A stretch of DNA of 32,000 bases from Kiritimatiella glycovorans (GTDB lineage: Bacteria; Verrucomicrobiota; Kiritimatiellia; Kiritimatiellales; Kiritimatiellaceae): positions 1,410,001 to 1,442,000 of the forward strand of contig NZ_CP010904.1 in the NCBI RefSeq assembly GCF_001017655.1, read 5' to 3'. Shown here piece after piece: positions 6,865 to 15,395 of the stretch. Both the position numbers and the translations under genes were made by a program. Within the stretch, counting starts at the first letter, position 1. The number at the start of each line of letters is the position of its first letter. The notes beneath the pieces are model-generated. The model worked only from the letters and a program-made list of their open reading frames with translations. It was not told the origin of the DNA and made no database searches.

Positions 6865-8673
6865 TCATCCCGTTATCCACGGCAGGGCCTTCATCAGGTG
6901 GTGGTACGGGACGTCCCAGATCTCGAGCGTGCTCCAGATGAGTGCGAGGCTCTCTTCGAGATACGGGGTATCGTCCGGGCGACCGATGAATCCGACGCAG
7001 GTCGCGTCGGGGATCTGCGTCGTCAGGGCTCCGTAGAACACGGGCTGGCGGTATCCGATACCATTGTATAGGGAGCGGTTGACGATGTTGTGCCCCAGCG
7101 TCCACTGAATCTGTCGCTCGGCCAGCCTACGCCACTCCGGCCGATCGAGGAGTGCGGCGGCCTTGGCCAGTACCGCGGCGTGAGCGAGTACGACCCCGCT
7201 GGTTCCGTGGATCACCCCCTGCCGGCCGAAGACCTGGATGAAGGAGCGAATGCCCCGCCCTCCCCCGGCGTCGCGAAAGGTCTGGTGGCCCGGATGCGGC
7301 GGGTCGACGTACACGCCGTACGGGACGAGCGAGAACGGATTGGAGGCTGCATCGGTGACGAGATACCCGTCACAGTAGAAGGCCACCGCCTCCCGCGCCC
7401 GCCCGATGAGGTCGTCCAGGCCGGCGGGCGCGAACTCAATCAGCTTCAATAATGCCCAGACCGGCGACTCGGCAAAGGTGATGCTGCGGTAGGCGTCGAC
7501 GCGGTCCTTTTCGTAAAAGAAGCCGCGTATGGTTTCGTCGCCGGTCTCCTGTCGCGCGATCAGTTCCCCGGCGAGTTCGCGCACGGCATCCATCTCGTTC
7601 ATCTCCAGCGCGGCCAGAAGCTCCTGCGCCACAAATAGCGTCCGCCCGTCGTGCCCCCGCCCGCGCCCGTACCGCCAGGCGCGTTCGGCGAGCATCCGGC
7701 ATCGGACCCCGTCGGCGTCGGGCAGGACACGCGAGCACTGACGCTGATGATGCACGAACGCGAACTGGACGGCCGGGTTGTAGAATCGGCGCACGAGCCG
7801 CTCGTCCCCCGAGCCGGGACGATTGTCCGTCCACCGGTTGTCACTCTGTGCGGCACTGCATCCGGGATGATTCTCGTACCACCAGGCGTCTTCAAGATTC
7901 CCCGAGGATTCCATGATGACCGGAGGGACCTCGCCGCCGGCGACGTCTTCGAAGACCTGACCCTCTTCGGTAATCATCGCGTGAAAAAGGTGGTTGCCCC
8001 AGCGGATCTCATCGCACGCGCGATCCCGAAAGGCGTGATGACCGTGCTCCGCGACGGTGACCAGTCCCTCGAGATTACCCTGCGTCAGGGCCAGCCATTT
8101 ACGGACGTCGCCGGCGTCGTGCCATCCTCCGGCCGCCGGCCACGGCGTGCCGTCCTCGAGTACCCCGTCGTCGAGATGGCAGGCCTCGTGCACCCCGGGC
8201 ACCTCGCATCCGCAACGCTGCGCATGGAGAAAGTTGAGAAAGCCGAGCTCGAGTCGTTCGTACACCCGGTCCCGGATCATGAACGGCGGCGAGATTTGAT
8301 ATTCCGTTTCGATCGCCCAGGCCCCGGGTTCACAAAACGAAGAAAAATCGCCCTGCCAGACCGTGCCCCATCGCGTCTCCTCACGAACGAGCATCCCTTC
8401 GTACACGTAGCGCCCCGGACCCTCACCCCGCTCCGGCTGCACCTCGCCGTTCATCGGGTCGAACGGCCACGGGAAGTGAACGCCGAACGCATCGGGACGC
8501 TCCTGCGTGCGCTTCAGTCGCGGAATCGCCCGGCGAAGATAAAAGGGGATTTGCTCGGGAAGATCGTCCTTTGTCGCGCCGACCAGGGTGACCGTTTTCG
8601 GCGAATCGGGCCGGTAGCCCAGGTGGCTGACGCTCAACTGAAGGTCACTGGATAACGCGCCTCGAATGTTCAT
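6865..8673 (-). CDS. GH9-like (alpha/alpha)6 glycoside hydrolase with N-terminal Ig-like (CelD_N-type) domain; no signal peptide
   Basis: GGWHDAGDVRKW matches the GH9 GGWYDAGD catalytic-Asp motif. The N-terminal LQLSVSHLGYRPDSPKTVTLVG resembles the Ig-like domain that precedes GH9 catalytic domains. The C-terminal signatures are divergent (RPDDTPYLEES ... STLEIWDVPY). I place the start at ATG 8673 (MNIRGALSS), 6 nt after GGAGCG, rather than the track start 8718. Neither start gives a signal peptide. Confidence 0.65.
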   Translation of the reverse strand: MNIRGALSSDLQLSVSHLGYRPDSPKTVTLVGATKDDLPEQIPFYLRRAIPRLKRTQERPDAFGVHFPWPFDPMNGEVQPERGEGPGRYVYEGMLVREETRWGTVWQGDFSSFCEPGAWAIETEYQISPPFMIRDRVYERLELGFLNFLHAQRCGCEVPGVHEACHLDDGVLEDGTPWPAAGGWHDAGDVRKWLALTQGNLEGLVTVAEHGHHAFRDRACDEIRWGNHLFHAMITEEGQVFEDVAGGEVPPVIMESSGNLEDAWWYENHPGCSAAQSDNRWTDNRPGSGDERLVRRFYNPAVQFAFVHHQRQCSRVLPDADGVRCRMLAERAWRYGRGRGHDGRTLFVAQELLAALEMNEMDAVRELAGELIARQETGDETIRGFFYEKDRVDAYRSITFAESPVWALLKLIEFAPAGLDDLIGRAREAVAFYCDGYLVTDAASNPFSLVPYGVYVDPPHPGHQTFRDAGGGRGIRSFIQVFGRQGVIHGTSGVVLAHAAVLAKAAALLDRPEWRRLAERQIQWTLGHNIVNRSLYNGIGYRQPVFYGALTTQIPDATCVGFIGRPDDTPYLEESLALIWSTLEIWDVPYHHLMKALPWITG

Positions 8674-8776
8674 GATCGCTCCGTTTCTTTTTTCTGAATC
8701 GGCGGACGTTGGGTTCATGGCTGAAGCATCTTACAAGCTTTGGAGGCGATCTTGAATCACGCGGTATGAAGAAAGA

Positions 8777-8900
8777 CGGCGCGCTCGGAGAGCACGCCCT
8801 ACCCGGGAACACAGAACGAAATCACACGCGAAGGTAGGGACGGCTGTCTCAGCCGTCCGAAGAGCCGTCCGAAGAGCGGCGCGCTCGGAGAGCACGCCCT
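8777..8900. repeat. Intergenic REP-like repeat cluster
   Basis: cggcgcgctcggagagcacgccct occurs at 8777-8800 and again at 8877-8900, exactly 100 nt apart. Between the copies lie a perfect hairpin ggacggct-gtctc-agccgtcc (8838-8858) and a 12-nt tandem duplication gccgtccgaaga x2 (8852-8875). The first copy extends to 8825 and has an inverted relative at 13204-13252. Confidence 0.7.
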
Positions 8901-9484
8901 GACCGTAAAAAAGGCCTTTCCCATTCCCAGGTCCCGGCGTTCAGGACGTCGAGATGCGTCGACTGAGACGCGTTGGAAATGGTGCCTCCGGCCGAAACGA
9001 TATCGTCGATCAGAGCACCGGTGAGGGTCACGTTGCTGCTTGCACTGTCGATCAGCGTATACGACCCATTCGTCGTCAGATCGGCCATATCGATCATGAC
9101 CGTACCGTCCACCACGTTGGAGTCCGTCGCATTACTCTTGGTCGTGTTGATCGTCGTGACGCTGTCTTCCCCGAGCTGAAAGGACACCGTTCCGTAATCA
9201 TATAATTTGAACAGGGACGCATTGACCGTGGCGTCGGGTTCCAGGATCAGGCTGCCGAACATGTTCTCCGACTCACCGCCGACCGACAGAAAACTGGAGT
9301 TCAGATGACGGTTGTCCATCGTCCCTCCGCTTCGAAGCGTAAGATACCCGTCATACCACTGATTCCCCGCATTACTAATGAACGTTCCGGTCGCCTTCAG
9401 GGTAGCGTTCGAAAGAATCTCGGCATAGCTCGTGCCGGTTCCCTCGACTTCTCCGGAAAAGATATAGGCGAAGGTAATCGAGGA
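8849..9484 (-). pseudogene. Remnant of a PEP-CTERM / autotransporter-repeat type surface protein, lacking both signal peptide and C-terminal anchor
   Basis: The frame is open from 9484 (a TGA lies just upstream at 9487-9485). It contains no ATG/GTG/TTG before the ATG at 9319, yet the upstream part (SSITFAYIFSGEVEGTGTSYAEILSNATLKATGTFISNAGNQWYDGYLTLRSGGT) continues the same T/S/N/G-rich beta-repeat style seen in the intact gene 15396-16769. The 3' end reads into the repeat cluster (..NAGTWEWERPFLRSGRALRARRSSDGSSDG) instead of a PEP-CTERM motif. Confidence 0.6.
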
Positions 9485-9530
9485 TCATAGCACCGCCGCT
9501 GCGGCGTTTCGTCATGCACCATCCGCGGGG

Positions 9531-11162
9531 CTATGGCGTCGCCAGGCGTGCGTCGAGCGTTGCGCGAAGGCTTTCGAGCGCGGGTCGCTGCTCCGGATCG
9601 GATGCGAGATTGGTCCATTCGTTCGGATCGTTCGCGAGATCGTAGAGCTCTTCCCCACCGCCGGCGGCGCGGATGTAGCGATAACGGTCCGTGACCAGCG
9701 CGAAGTGCTGATGCTCGATTTCCGCCTTCACGTAAGGATGCTCGCGCTGTTCGGGCGTCGGACGCCCCATCCACGCGACCAGAACCTCGCCCGGCCCGCT
9801 CCATTCTTTCGTTTCCGGATCCTCTATCATCGGTCGAAGGCTGACGCCGTCCAGCTCCTGTTCCGGGGCGGGAAGATCACAGCATTCCACAAGGGTGGGA
9901 TAGAGATCGACGACGGACACGGGGCGATCGCATACCCGGCCGCCCTGTGCGGACCCGGGAACCCGTATGAGCATCGGAACATGGGTCGATTCGTGCCAGA
10001 GGGTCATTTTTGCGAGCATGTCCTTTTCACCGAGATGCATGCCGTGGTCACTGACGAAGATCACGATCGTATTGTCCGCATAGGGGCTCGATTCGAGTGC
10101 GCTCAGGACGCGTCCGAACTGATCGTCCATAAAGGCCGTACACGCGAGATAGGCGCGGATCCATTCCTTCCACGTATCGATCCCCGCGTCCCGCACGGCC
10201 TTGAAATACTTCTGCGGCACCGTGTTTTTCCAGAGCTCCTCGACACAGTCTTCCAGATCGTTCTCCCGGTACGGCGGCAGCTCAATCTCCACCTCGGCGA
10301 AAAGGTCGAAGTACTTCTTCGGTGCGATAAGCGGCGTGTGCGGTTTGCAGAAACCCACGGCGAGAAAGAAGGGGCACTCATGCTCTTGCCGGAGCACTTC
10401 GATCGCATAGTTCGCGGACTTCTCATCACTCATCAAGTCGCGGTCGTTTTCATCGACATAACGAAACGGTTGGCCCCATTCCATCCACCCCCGGTACCCC
10501 GGGGCACCGGTCTTCGGATCGGGCGGGATATCCGGCACCTCGGAGAGCGGCCCGAAATAGCTTCCGATCCGCGCGAGTTCCCGCGGCATCCGATCGGTCG
10601 TCGGCGCACCACGGAGCGATCCGTTGGGCAACGTCCGCCCGTCGCTGGGCCCCGGTCCCTGGGTGACGGGAGAAAAGGCCCAGTGCCGTGTTCCGTCAGC
10701 GTTGTCGAACATCCACGCGCCGAGGTGATACTCATGCGAAATCTTGCCGGTCCCGAATACCGTGTAGCCGTGTTGCGCGAACAGTTGCGGCAAGGTGGTG
10801 CAATCTTTCAGCACGGGACGCTCAAAGGTATGTTTCGGGTTCTGCGGGTCGCCGCCGCCGCGGGCATTCTGGGCCCATCCGTAATAGCCGGTCGTGTGAG
10901 GATAGAGCCCGCTGAGCAGACTCGCGCGTGAGGGGCCGCACAAGGCCACGGCGACATGCGCGTCGGCGAACTTCACGGCGGAACGGGCAAAGCGGTCCAG
11001 ATTCGGTGTGCGGGCCTGCGGATGACCGCCGAATCCCTCCACACTGTCGTTAAGATCATCAGCGATGACGAACAGCACATTGGGTCGTGTCGCGGCCCTG
11101 GAATGGATCGCGAAGGCCAGCAGCAACACAGCAATTCCGGTTGTTTTGAGTCGATGAATCAT
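9531..11162 (-). CDS. Secreted Cys-type (formylglycine) sulfatase, iduronate-2-sulfatase-like
   Basis: Signal peptide MIHRLKTTGIAVLLLAFAIHSRAA. Motifs PNVLFVIADDL and LCGPSRASLLSG (C-x-P-S-R; Cys codon 10940-10938). I trimmed the track ORF (start 11471) to ATG 11162, which is preceded by AGGAGGGAG; the longer version would overlap the upstream gene. Confidence 0.9.
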   Translation of the reverse strand: MIHRLKTTGIAVLLLAFAIHSRAATRPNVLFVIADDLNDSVEGFGGHPQARTPNLDRFARSAVKFADAHVAVALCGPSRASLLSGLYPHTTGYYGWAQNARGGGDPQNPKHTFERPVLKDCTTLPQLFAQHGYTVFGTGKISHEYHLGAWMFDNADGTRHWAFSPVTQGPGPSDGRTLPNGSLRGAPTTDRMPRELARIGSYFGPLSEVPDIPPDPKTGAPGYRGWMEWGQPFRYVDENDRDLMSDEKSANYAIEVLRQEHECPFFLAVGFCKPHTPLIAPKKYFDLFAEVEIELPPYRENDLEDCVEELWKNTVPQKYFKAVRDAGIDTWKEWIRAYLACTAFMDDQFGRVLSALESSPYADNTIVIFVSDHGMHLGEKDMLAKMTLWHESTHVPMLIRVPGSAQGGRVCDRPVSVVDLYPTLVECCDLPAPEQELDGVSLRPMIEDPETKEWSGPGEVLVAWMGRPTPEQREHPYVKAEIEHQHFALVTDRYRYIRAAGGGEELYDLANDPNEWTNLASDPEQRPALESLRATLDARLATP

Positions 11163-11235
11163 GGGTGGCTCCCTCCTGTGTACCACGTCCTGCCTTCTAT
11201 CGATCCGCGAGATTCCGCGTGTTCCGCCGTGGTCC

Positions 11236-13185
11236 TCACAACTCGAGATCCCAGTAATCCAGCCGGTCCACCTCGACCTCGCCGCCTTCCGCAAACACCG
11301 CGACTCCGGTGCAGTCGATCGGGATATCCTCCACCCATCGATTGATCGTCTTCTGGTCATCGATAAAGATCTCGGCCAATCCGCGATCGATGATGACCCG
11401 GAAAGTGACCTTATGAGGATCCTGCTTGTTTTCGGGTCGAATCGCGAGCCTCGCCATCCACGGCGCGTCATACGTCACGACTTCACCGTCCTTGATGACG
11501 GAACACCACGCCTCGTTTCGGGTTACGTCCCATCCCACCTGAAAGAACCGCGACCCGTCATCGGAGCGGCGAAGCTGAAGACCACAGCGCGCGGCGGTCG
11601 TCGCGACGAGATCCGCGACGATCTCGTATTCGCCGCCGGCCTCGAACAGGGCTTCGACACCGCTCACGGTCCCGGTGCATTCACGATGACCGGTCCGCAG
11701 GGCGTGATTCTCCTCCGCCGGACGCTGATGGAGCACGTCGCCTTCCAGCCACCACTCGCGGACGAGCGTGTAACACTCCGTCCATTTCTTTGTCGCCAGA
11801 TCGCCGCCCTCCTTGATCCGGCTGATCGCCAGACGCCGCCCGTCGGGCGCGGTCATCGAACGGTAGGCGTAAAAGAGGCCGGTATTCGCCGTCCCCTGTT
11901 TCGCCGGAGTATAGGTTGCGGAATCGAAATTCAAGTCGCCGACAAAATACTTCATCCCGCCTGGCGAGTAGAACCAGCGGCCCTCCTGTTCGAACAGATC
12001 GCTGACCTCGCAGAACCCTGTCCGGTCTTCCCGAAAGACAAGGCCCCGATAGGTCCACTCGTAGAGATCCCCGGATTCAAAGAGCATCAGGACCGGGGCC
12101 ATCTGTTCATGGTCCCAGTCCTCGAGGTTCGTGACCGTATCGCGGTATTCCTCGCGCAGGATCCCGCCGGTCAACGTGATGAAGTACCGGTCCTCGACGC
12201 GAAATGCGAAGGGGTCGCGCACCTGTTGTACGGGATCCGGAATATCGCGTTCGTTCACGATCATATTCGGAGCGACCTTCCTGAAGCGGACGAAGTCGTC
12301 GTCGATACTGACCCCATGTCCCTGGTACGGATTGCAGGCGGTCGGACGGGCGGGTCCGACGCTGGTGTAATAAAGGTGACAGCGCCCGTCCGGCCCGAGG
12401 ATCGCCGAGCCGGACCAGACGGCGGTCTCGCCGTGCGCGAAACTGGGCACGCACGCCGGCGGCAGTTCCTCCCAGTGGATCAGATCGGTCGACCGCTTAT
12501 GGCCCATCACCGGGGTCGACCCGTTGGGTCGGGCGAGATAGAAGAAATGATAGACGCCGTCCTTGAACACGAGGCCGTTCGCGTCCCAGCTCTTGCCTGA
12601 GGGGATGGCCGTATGGATGACCGGCCGGAACGGATCGCTGTTCGCGACGGCTTCATCCGCCTTCATCAACGCCGTCATCTTCGCGACGTACCAATCGAGA
12701 TTCTCCGGTCCCCGGCTTCGGTTCGACGGTTCGACCCGTTCGAGTGTGAACTCATCCAGCGAGGCAAGATCGCGCACCTGAAGCCGCGCGCGAAGTCCGA
12801 TCAGTTCACTCACCTCAAAGGCGAACCATCCGTCGTTAAGCCACCCCTCCGCCTGACGACTCACATCGGGAATCGTGCGCGATTCGCGGACACGCCCCTC
12901 GTCGTCCATGGTGACCAGACTCAGCGTTCCTCGAAAGGTGTCCTCGCAGAACTTCAGATTGAGCCATGGTTTTTCGAGTATGAACTCATCGGAGAATACC
13001 GCGCCGTCGACCTCGATCGTCTCGGCGTAAAGGTGATGATGATGGTCGCCGCGGTATACCTCGACCGCACCCTCTCCGCCGAATCGGTGCCCCTCCGCCG
13101 TCCAGCCGGGCGGAACGGCGTCCGCGCTCAGAGCAAACAGAGAGAAGATCCCGCCGGCAACACTCAATATCAATCTTGGAATCAA
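11236..13185 (-). CDS. Secreted GH32-like five-bladed beta-propeller glycosidase with N-terminal extra domain and C-terminal beta-sandwich
   Basis: GH32 block order is present: FRPVIHTAIPSGKSWDANGLVFKDGVYHFFYL (compare RPxxHFxPxxxWMNDPNG..YHLFYQ), VWSGSAIL, VRDPFAF (RDP), FCEVSDLF (EC) and RRLAISRIKEGG..KKWTECYTLVREWWLEGDVLHQRPAEE. The start is TTG at 13185 with a G-rich SD; it gives the signal peptide MIPRLILSVAGGIFSLFALSADA. Confidence 0.8.
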   Translation of the reverse strand: MIPRLILSVAGGIFSLFALSADAVPPGWTAEGHRFGGEGAVEVYRGDHHHHLYAETIEVDGAVFSDEFILEKPWLNLKFCEDTFRGTLSLVTMDDEGRVRESRTIPDVSRQAEGWLNDGWFAFEVSELIGLRARLQVRDLASLDEFTLERVEPSNRSRGPENLDWYVAKMTALMKADEAVANSDPFRPVIHTAIPSGKSWDANGLVFKDGVYHFFYLARPNGSTPVMGHKRSTDLIHWEELPPACVPSFAHGETAVWSGSAILGPDGRCHLYYTSVGPARPTACNPYQGHGVSIDDDFVRFRKVAPNMIVNERDIPDPVQQVRDPFAFRVEDRYFITLTGGILREEYRDTVTNLEDWDHEQMAPVLMLFESGDLYEWTYRGLVFREDRTGFCEVSDLFEQEGRWFYSPGGMKYFVGDLNFDSATYTPAKQGTANTGLFYAYRSMTAPDGRRLAISRIKEGGDLATKKWTECYTLVREWWLEGDVLHQRPAEENHALRTGHRECTGTVSGVEALFEAGGEYEIVADLVATTAARCGLQLRRSDDGSRFFQVGWDVTRNEAWCSVIKDGEVVTYDAPWMARLAIRPENKQDPHKVTFRVIIDRGLAEIFIDDQKTINRWVEDIPIDCTGVAVFAEGGEVEVDRLDYWDLEL

Positions 13186-13203
13186 GGTTTCACCCCCCTG
13201 CCT

Positions 13204-13252
13204 TTAATTTCACCCTGTGTTCCCGGGATGGGCGCGATTTCCGAGCGCGCCG
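13204..13252 (-). repeat. Third, inverted copy of the REP-like element seen at 8777-8825
   Basis: The reverse complement cggcgcgctcggaaatcgcgcccatcccgggaacacagggtgaaattaa aligns with 8777-8825 cggcgcgctcggagagcacgccctacccgggaacacagaacgaaatcac. Shared blocks are cggcgcgctcgga, cgccc, cccgggaacacag and gaaat. Confidence 0.6.
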
Positions 13253-13317
13253 CTTTTCGGTCGGTTCTGCTGGACAGCAGAATCCCTGCCTTAACATTCC
13301 AACGCCCATCTTCCGGT

Positions 13318-15156
13318 CTATTCATCCATCCAGCCGATCGGTCCTACGGTCAGTCCGCCTTCGGGCAGCGATTCGGTATCGAGTACGAGCCCGTTGATCG
13401 ACCCGGGATGGGGTTCGCTCGTGCCGCCGCCGTACGGCTCGAATTGATCCCAGGTGAGATCGATGACATCCGACTCCTTCGGAACCTCGACCTCGGCGGC
13501 GTAAAGCTGTTGGTCGAGACTCATATAATCGCGGGCGAGGACGACGCGGGTCGCATAGGATTCCCCGTTGCCCGAGAGTTCGATCCGGATGCCGCGATGG
13601 GGCGTACGCGCCTTTTCCGGAACGATGAAGCTGTTCGTGAGCAGGACGGCGCGTCGTCCCGCCTTGAGCGGAACAAAGCGCACCCGGCCCTCTCCCGCCG
13701 ATTGAATCGTCGATTTATCGAAGGAGAGATCCGAGCGCCAGGCCGCGGGGCCCATGGCCATGTCCCATAACGCGCCGCGTTCCCATGTCATGGCCTCTTC
13801 GAGGGCTGACCCCGGTTTACGTACGAGGTCGGAAGAGACGATGCGGCCGTCGATATCGATCGCGGTGAAATAGATGTGGCCTTCGAAACGCTCATGTCCC
13901 TCGGGAAGAGGTGCGGACCAGACCCCGCCCTTCTCCTCCGCCTCGATCCACCGCCAATAGCGGGCGGGCGAAACGGGATCGCCGACACTCCAGGCGAGAT
14001 GGACCGATTTCAGGGGGCGTTCGGCCTGAATGGGGACGCGCACGTCCCGACCATCCCGTGCCCAGGAGATGGTTCCATACGAGGGGAACGGTGTCCCGCC
14101 GAAATAGACCGCCTGGTGCCAGAGTCCGCTCGGATCCGGAAAGTCGGGACCGCCGTTGCCGTGATCGCTGTTCGGGATCAGGGCCCACTGACCCTTATGC
14201 GGAAAACGGTCGCGGTGATTCGCGGCACCGTCGAGCCAGAAGAAGCGGTCGTTCGCGGCCAGTTTCATGAATACGGGAACATCATGGCGCGGCGCGTAAA
14301 CGATCGGATCGGCGTGTTCCTGCCAGATCGAAACCTGTTCTTCCGGCGGCCAGTCAAGCGCCTGACAACTGCGACCGCGCATTCCTTTCGTGCCCGCCGC
14401 GCTGACGTGGGTCAGGACCGACGTGATACGCTCATCCACGCCGGCGAGAAAAAACGAGACCCACCCGCCGTACGAGATGCCCACCGCGCCGAAGTGTTCC
14501 CCGTCCGACCACGGCTGGGCTTCCGTCCAGTCGAGGACGCGCCGGGTTGCCTGTACGTTGTGGTACATCGGGAAGTTGAGCGGATTTGGATCCAGATCGT
14601 GACGCCGCTCGCGCGTCTCTTCGGTCTGGGTCACCCACTGCGTGACCGGGGCGTCGACGGGCCGGAACTGGCCATTGTAGTCAACCGCCACGGCGGCGAA
14701 TCCGGGATTCATACGCGCGATCCCGAGGGCCAGGGCCCCACTCGCATGCCCTCCCCCGCCGTGAAAGACGAACAGCACGGGGAAGGGTCCCTCCCCATTC
14801 TGCGGCACCGCACTCGCACAGAAAATACGATTGGGGCCGTTTTCATTGCCGCCGCCGGTGACATAAAAATCGGTGATCTCGAGATCATAGGACAATGCGG
14901 TGGCGGAGGCCGTGTCTTCCTCATTCGCCTCACTCGCGGCGACCCAACTATCGCCGACGTGAACCCAGTCGTTGCCTCCCGCGAACTGAAGCGGTGCGAT
15001 GCGGGTGGAGAGGATTTCGATCTCGTGCGGCCAGGCGCGCCACGATTCGAGATCCCATGTGGTCACATCCACCGGCGGCGGAAGGGCCGCAGCCCAGGCG
15101 GTTCCCGCGATCAGCACCCCCAGTGAAAAGCACGCGCCCACACGAATCGACCTCAT
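13318..15156 (-). CDS. Secreted alpha/beta-hydrolase carbohydrate esterase (acetyl-esterase/AXE1-like) with C-terminal beta-sandwich extension
   Basis: Signal peptide MRSIRVGACFSLGVLIAGTAWAAA. Oxyanion-type FVFHGGGGH, nucleophile elbow GISYGG (G-x-S-x-G), later ANDRFF and NSDHG as candidate Asp and His. About 270 extra C-terminal residues follow. SD AAGGGAGG lies upstream of ATG 15156. Confidence 0.75.
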   Translation of the reverse strand: MRSIRVGACFSLGVLIAGTAWAAALPPPVDVTTWDLESWRAWPHEIEILSTRIAPLQFAGGNDWVHVGDSWVAASEANEEDTASATALSYDLEITDFYVTGGGNENGPNRIFCASAVPQNGEGPFPVLFVFHGGGGHASGALALGIARMNPGFAAVAVDYNGQFRPVDAPVTQWVTQTEETRERRHDLDPNPLNFPMYHNVQATRRVLDWTEAQPWSDGEHFGAVGISYGGWVSFFLAGVDERITSVLTHVSAAGTKGMRGRSCQALDWPPEEQVSIWQEHADPIVYAPRHDVPVFMKLAANDRFFWLDGAANHRDRFPHKGQWALIPNSDHGNGGPDFPDPSGLWHQAVYFGGTPFPSYGTISWARDGRDVRVPIQAERPLKSVHLAWSVGDPVSPARYWRWIEAEEKGGVWSAPLPEGHERFEGHIYFTAIDIDGRIVSSDLVRKPGSALEEAMTWERGALWDMAMGPAAWRSDLSFDKSTIQSAGEGRVRFVPLKAGRRAVLLTNSFIVPEKARTPHRGIRIELSGNGESYATRVVLARDYMSLDQQLYAAEVEVPKESDVIDLTWDQFEPYGGGTSEPHPGSINGLVLDTESLPEGGLTVGPIGWMDE

Positions 15157-15336
15157 TCCGCCTCCCTTGTGATCTGTAGTGTTCGGCCCGGATAGAAACT
15201 TAGCGATAGAATAACAGGGGGATCGTTAGTTGGCCACCATCTCTTTATGGGTGCGCGCTGTCATTGCCCTGTTTCGAGCGCGCGGAAGACCACGGGCAAA
15301 GGCAGAGGGATACCCGCTCGCGCTCTTCGGAAACCG

Positions 15337-15371
15337 AAAAAAAAAGGCCTTCCCCGTCTCCGGGAAAGGCC
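15337..15371 (-). terminator. Rho-independent terminator downstream of the PEP-CTERM gene
   Basis: On the minus strand: ggcctttcccg-gaga-cggggaaggcc (11-bp stem including one G-U pair) followed by a run of nine U. It begins 25 nt after the stop at 15396. Confidence 0.85.
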
Positions 15372-15395
15372 TTTCTACGACTCATACGGTCATGA

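Noticed and set aside
9397-9804. 135-aa minus-strand ORF spanning the sulfatase 3' end and the gap to the surface-protein remnant
   Set aside because: It is out of frame with the well-supported sulfatase, extremely Arg/Ser/Ala-rich, and has no motifs. I treat it as a shadow ORF.
13265-13282. Hairpin ttctgctg-ga-cagcagaa after the esterase stop as an intrinsic terminator
   Set aside because: The loop is too tight (the effective stem is about 7 bp) and no U-tract follows on the minus strand. The downstream GH32-like gene follows within about 80 nt and is probably co-transcribed.
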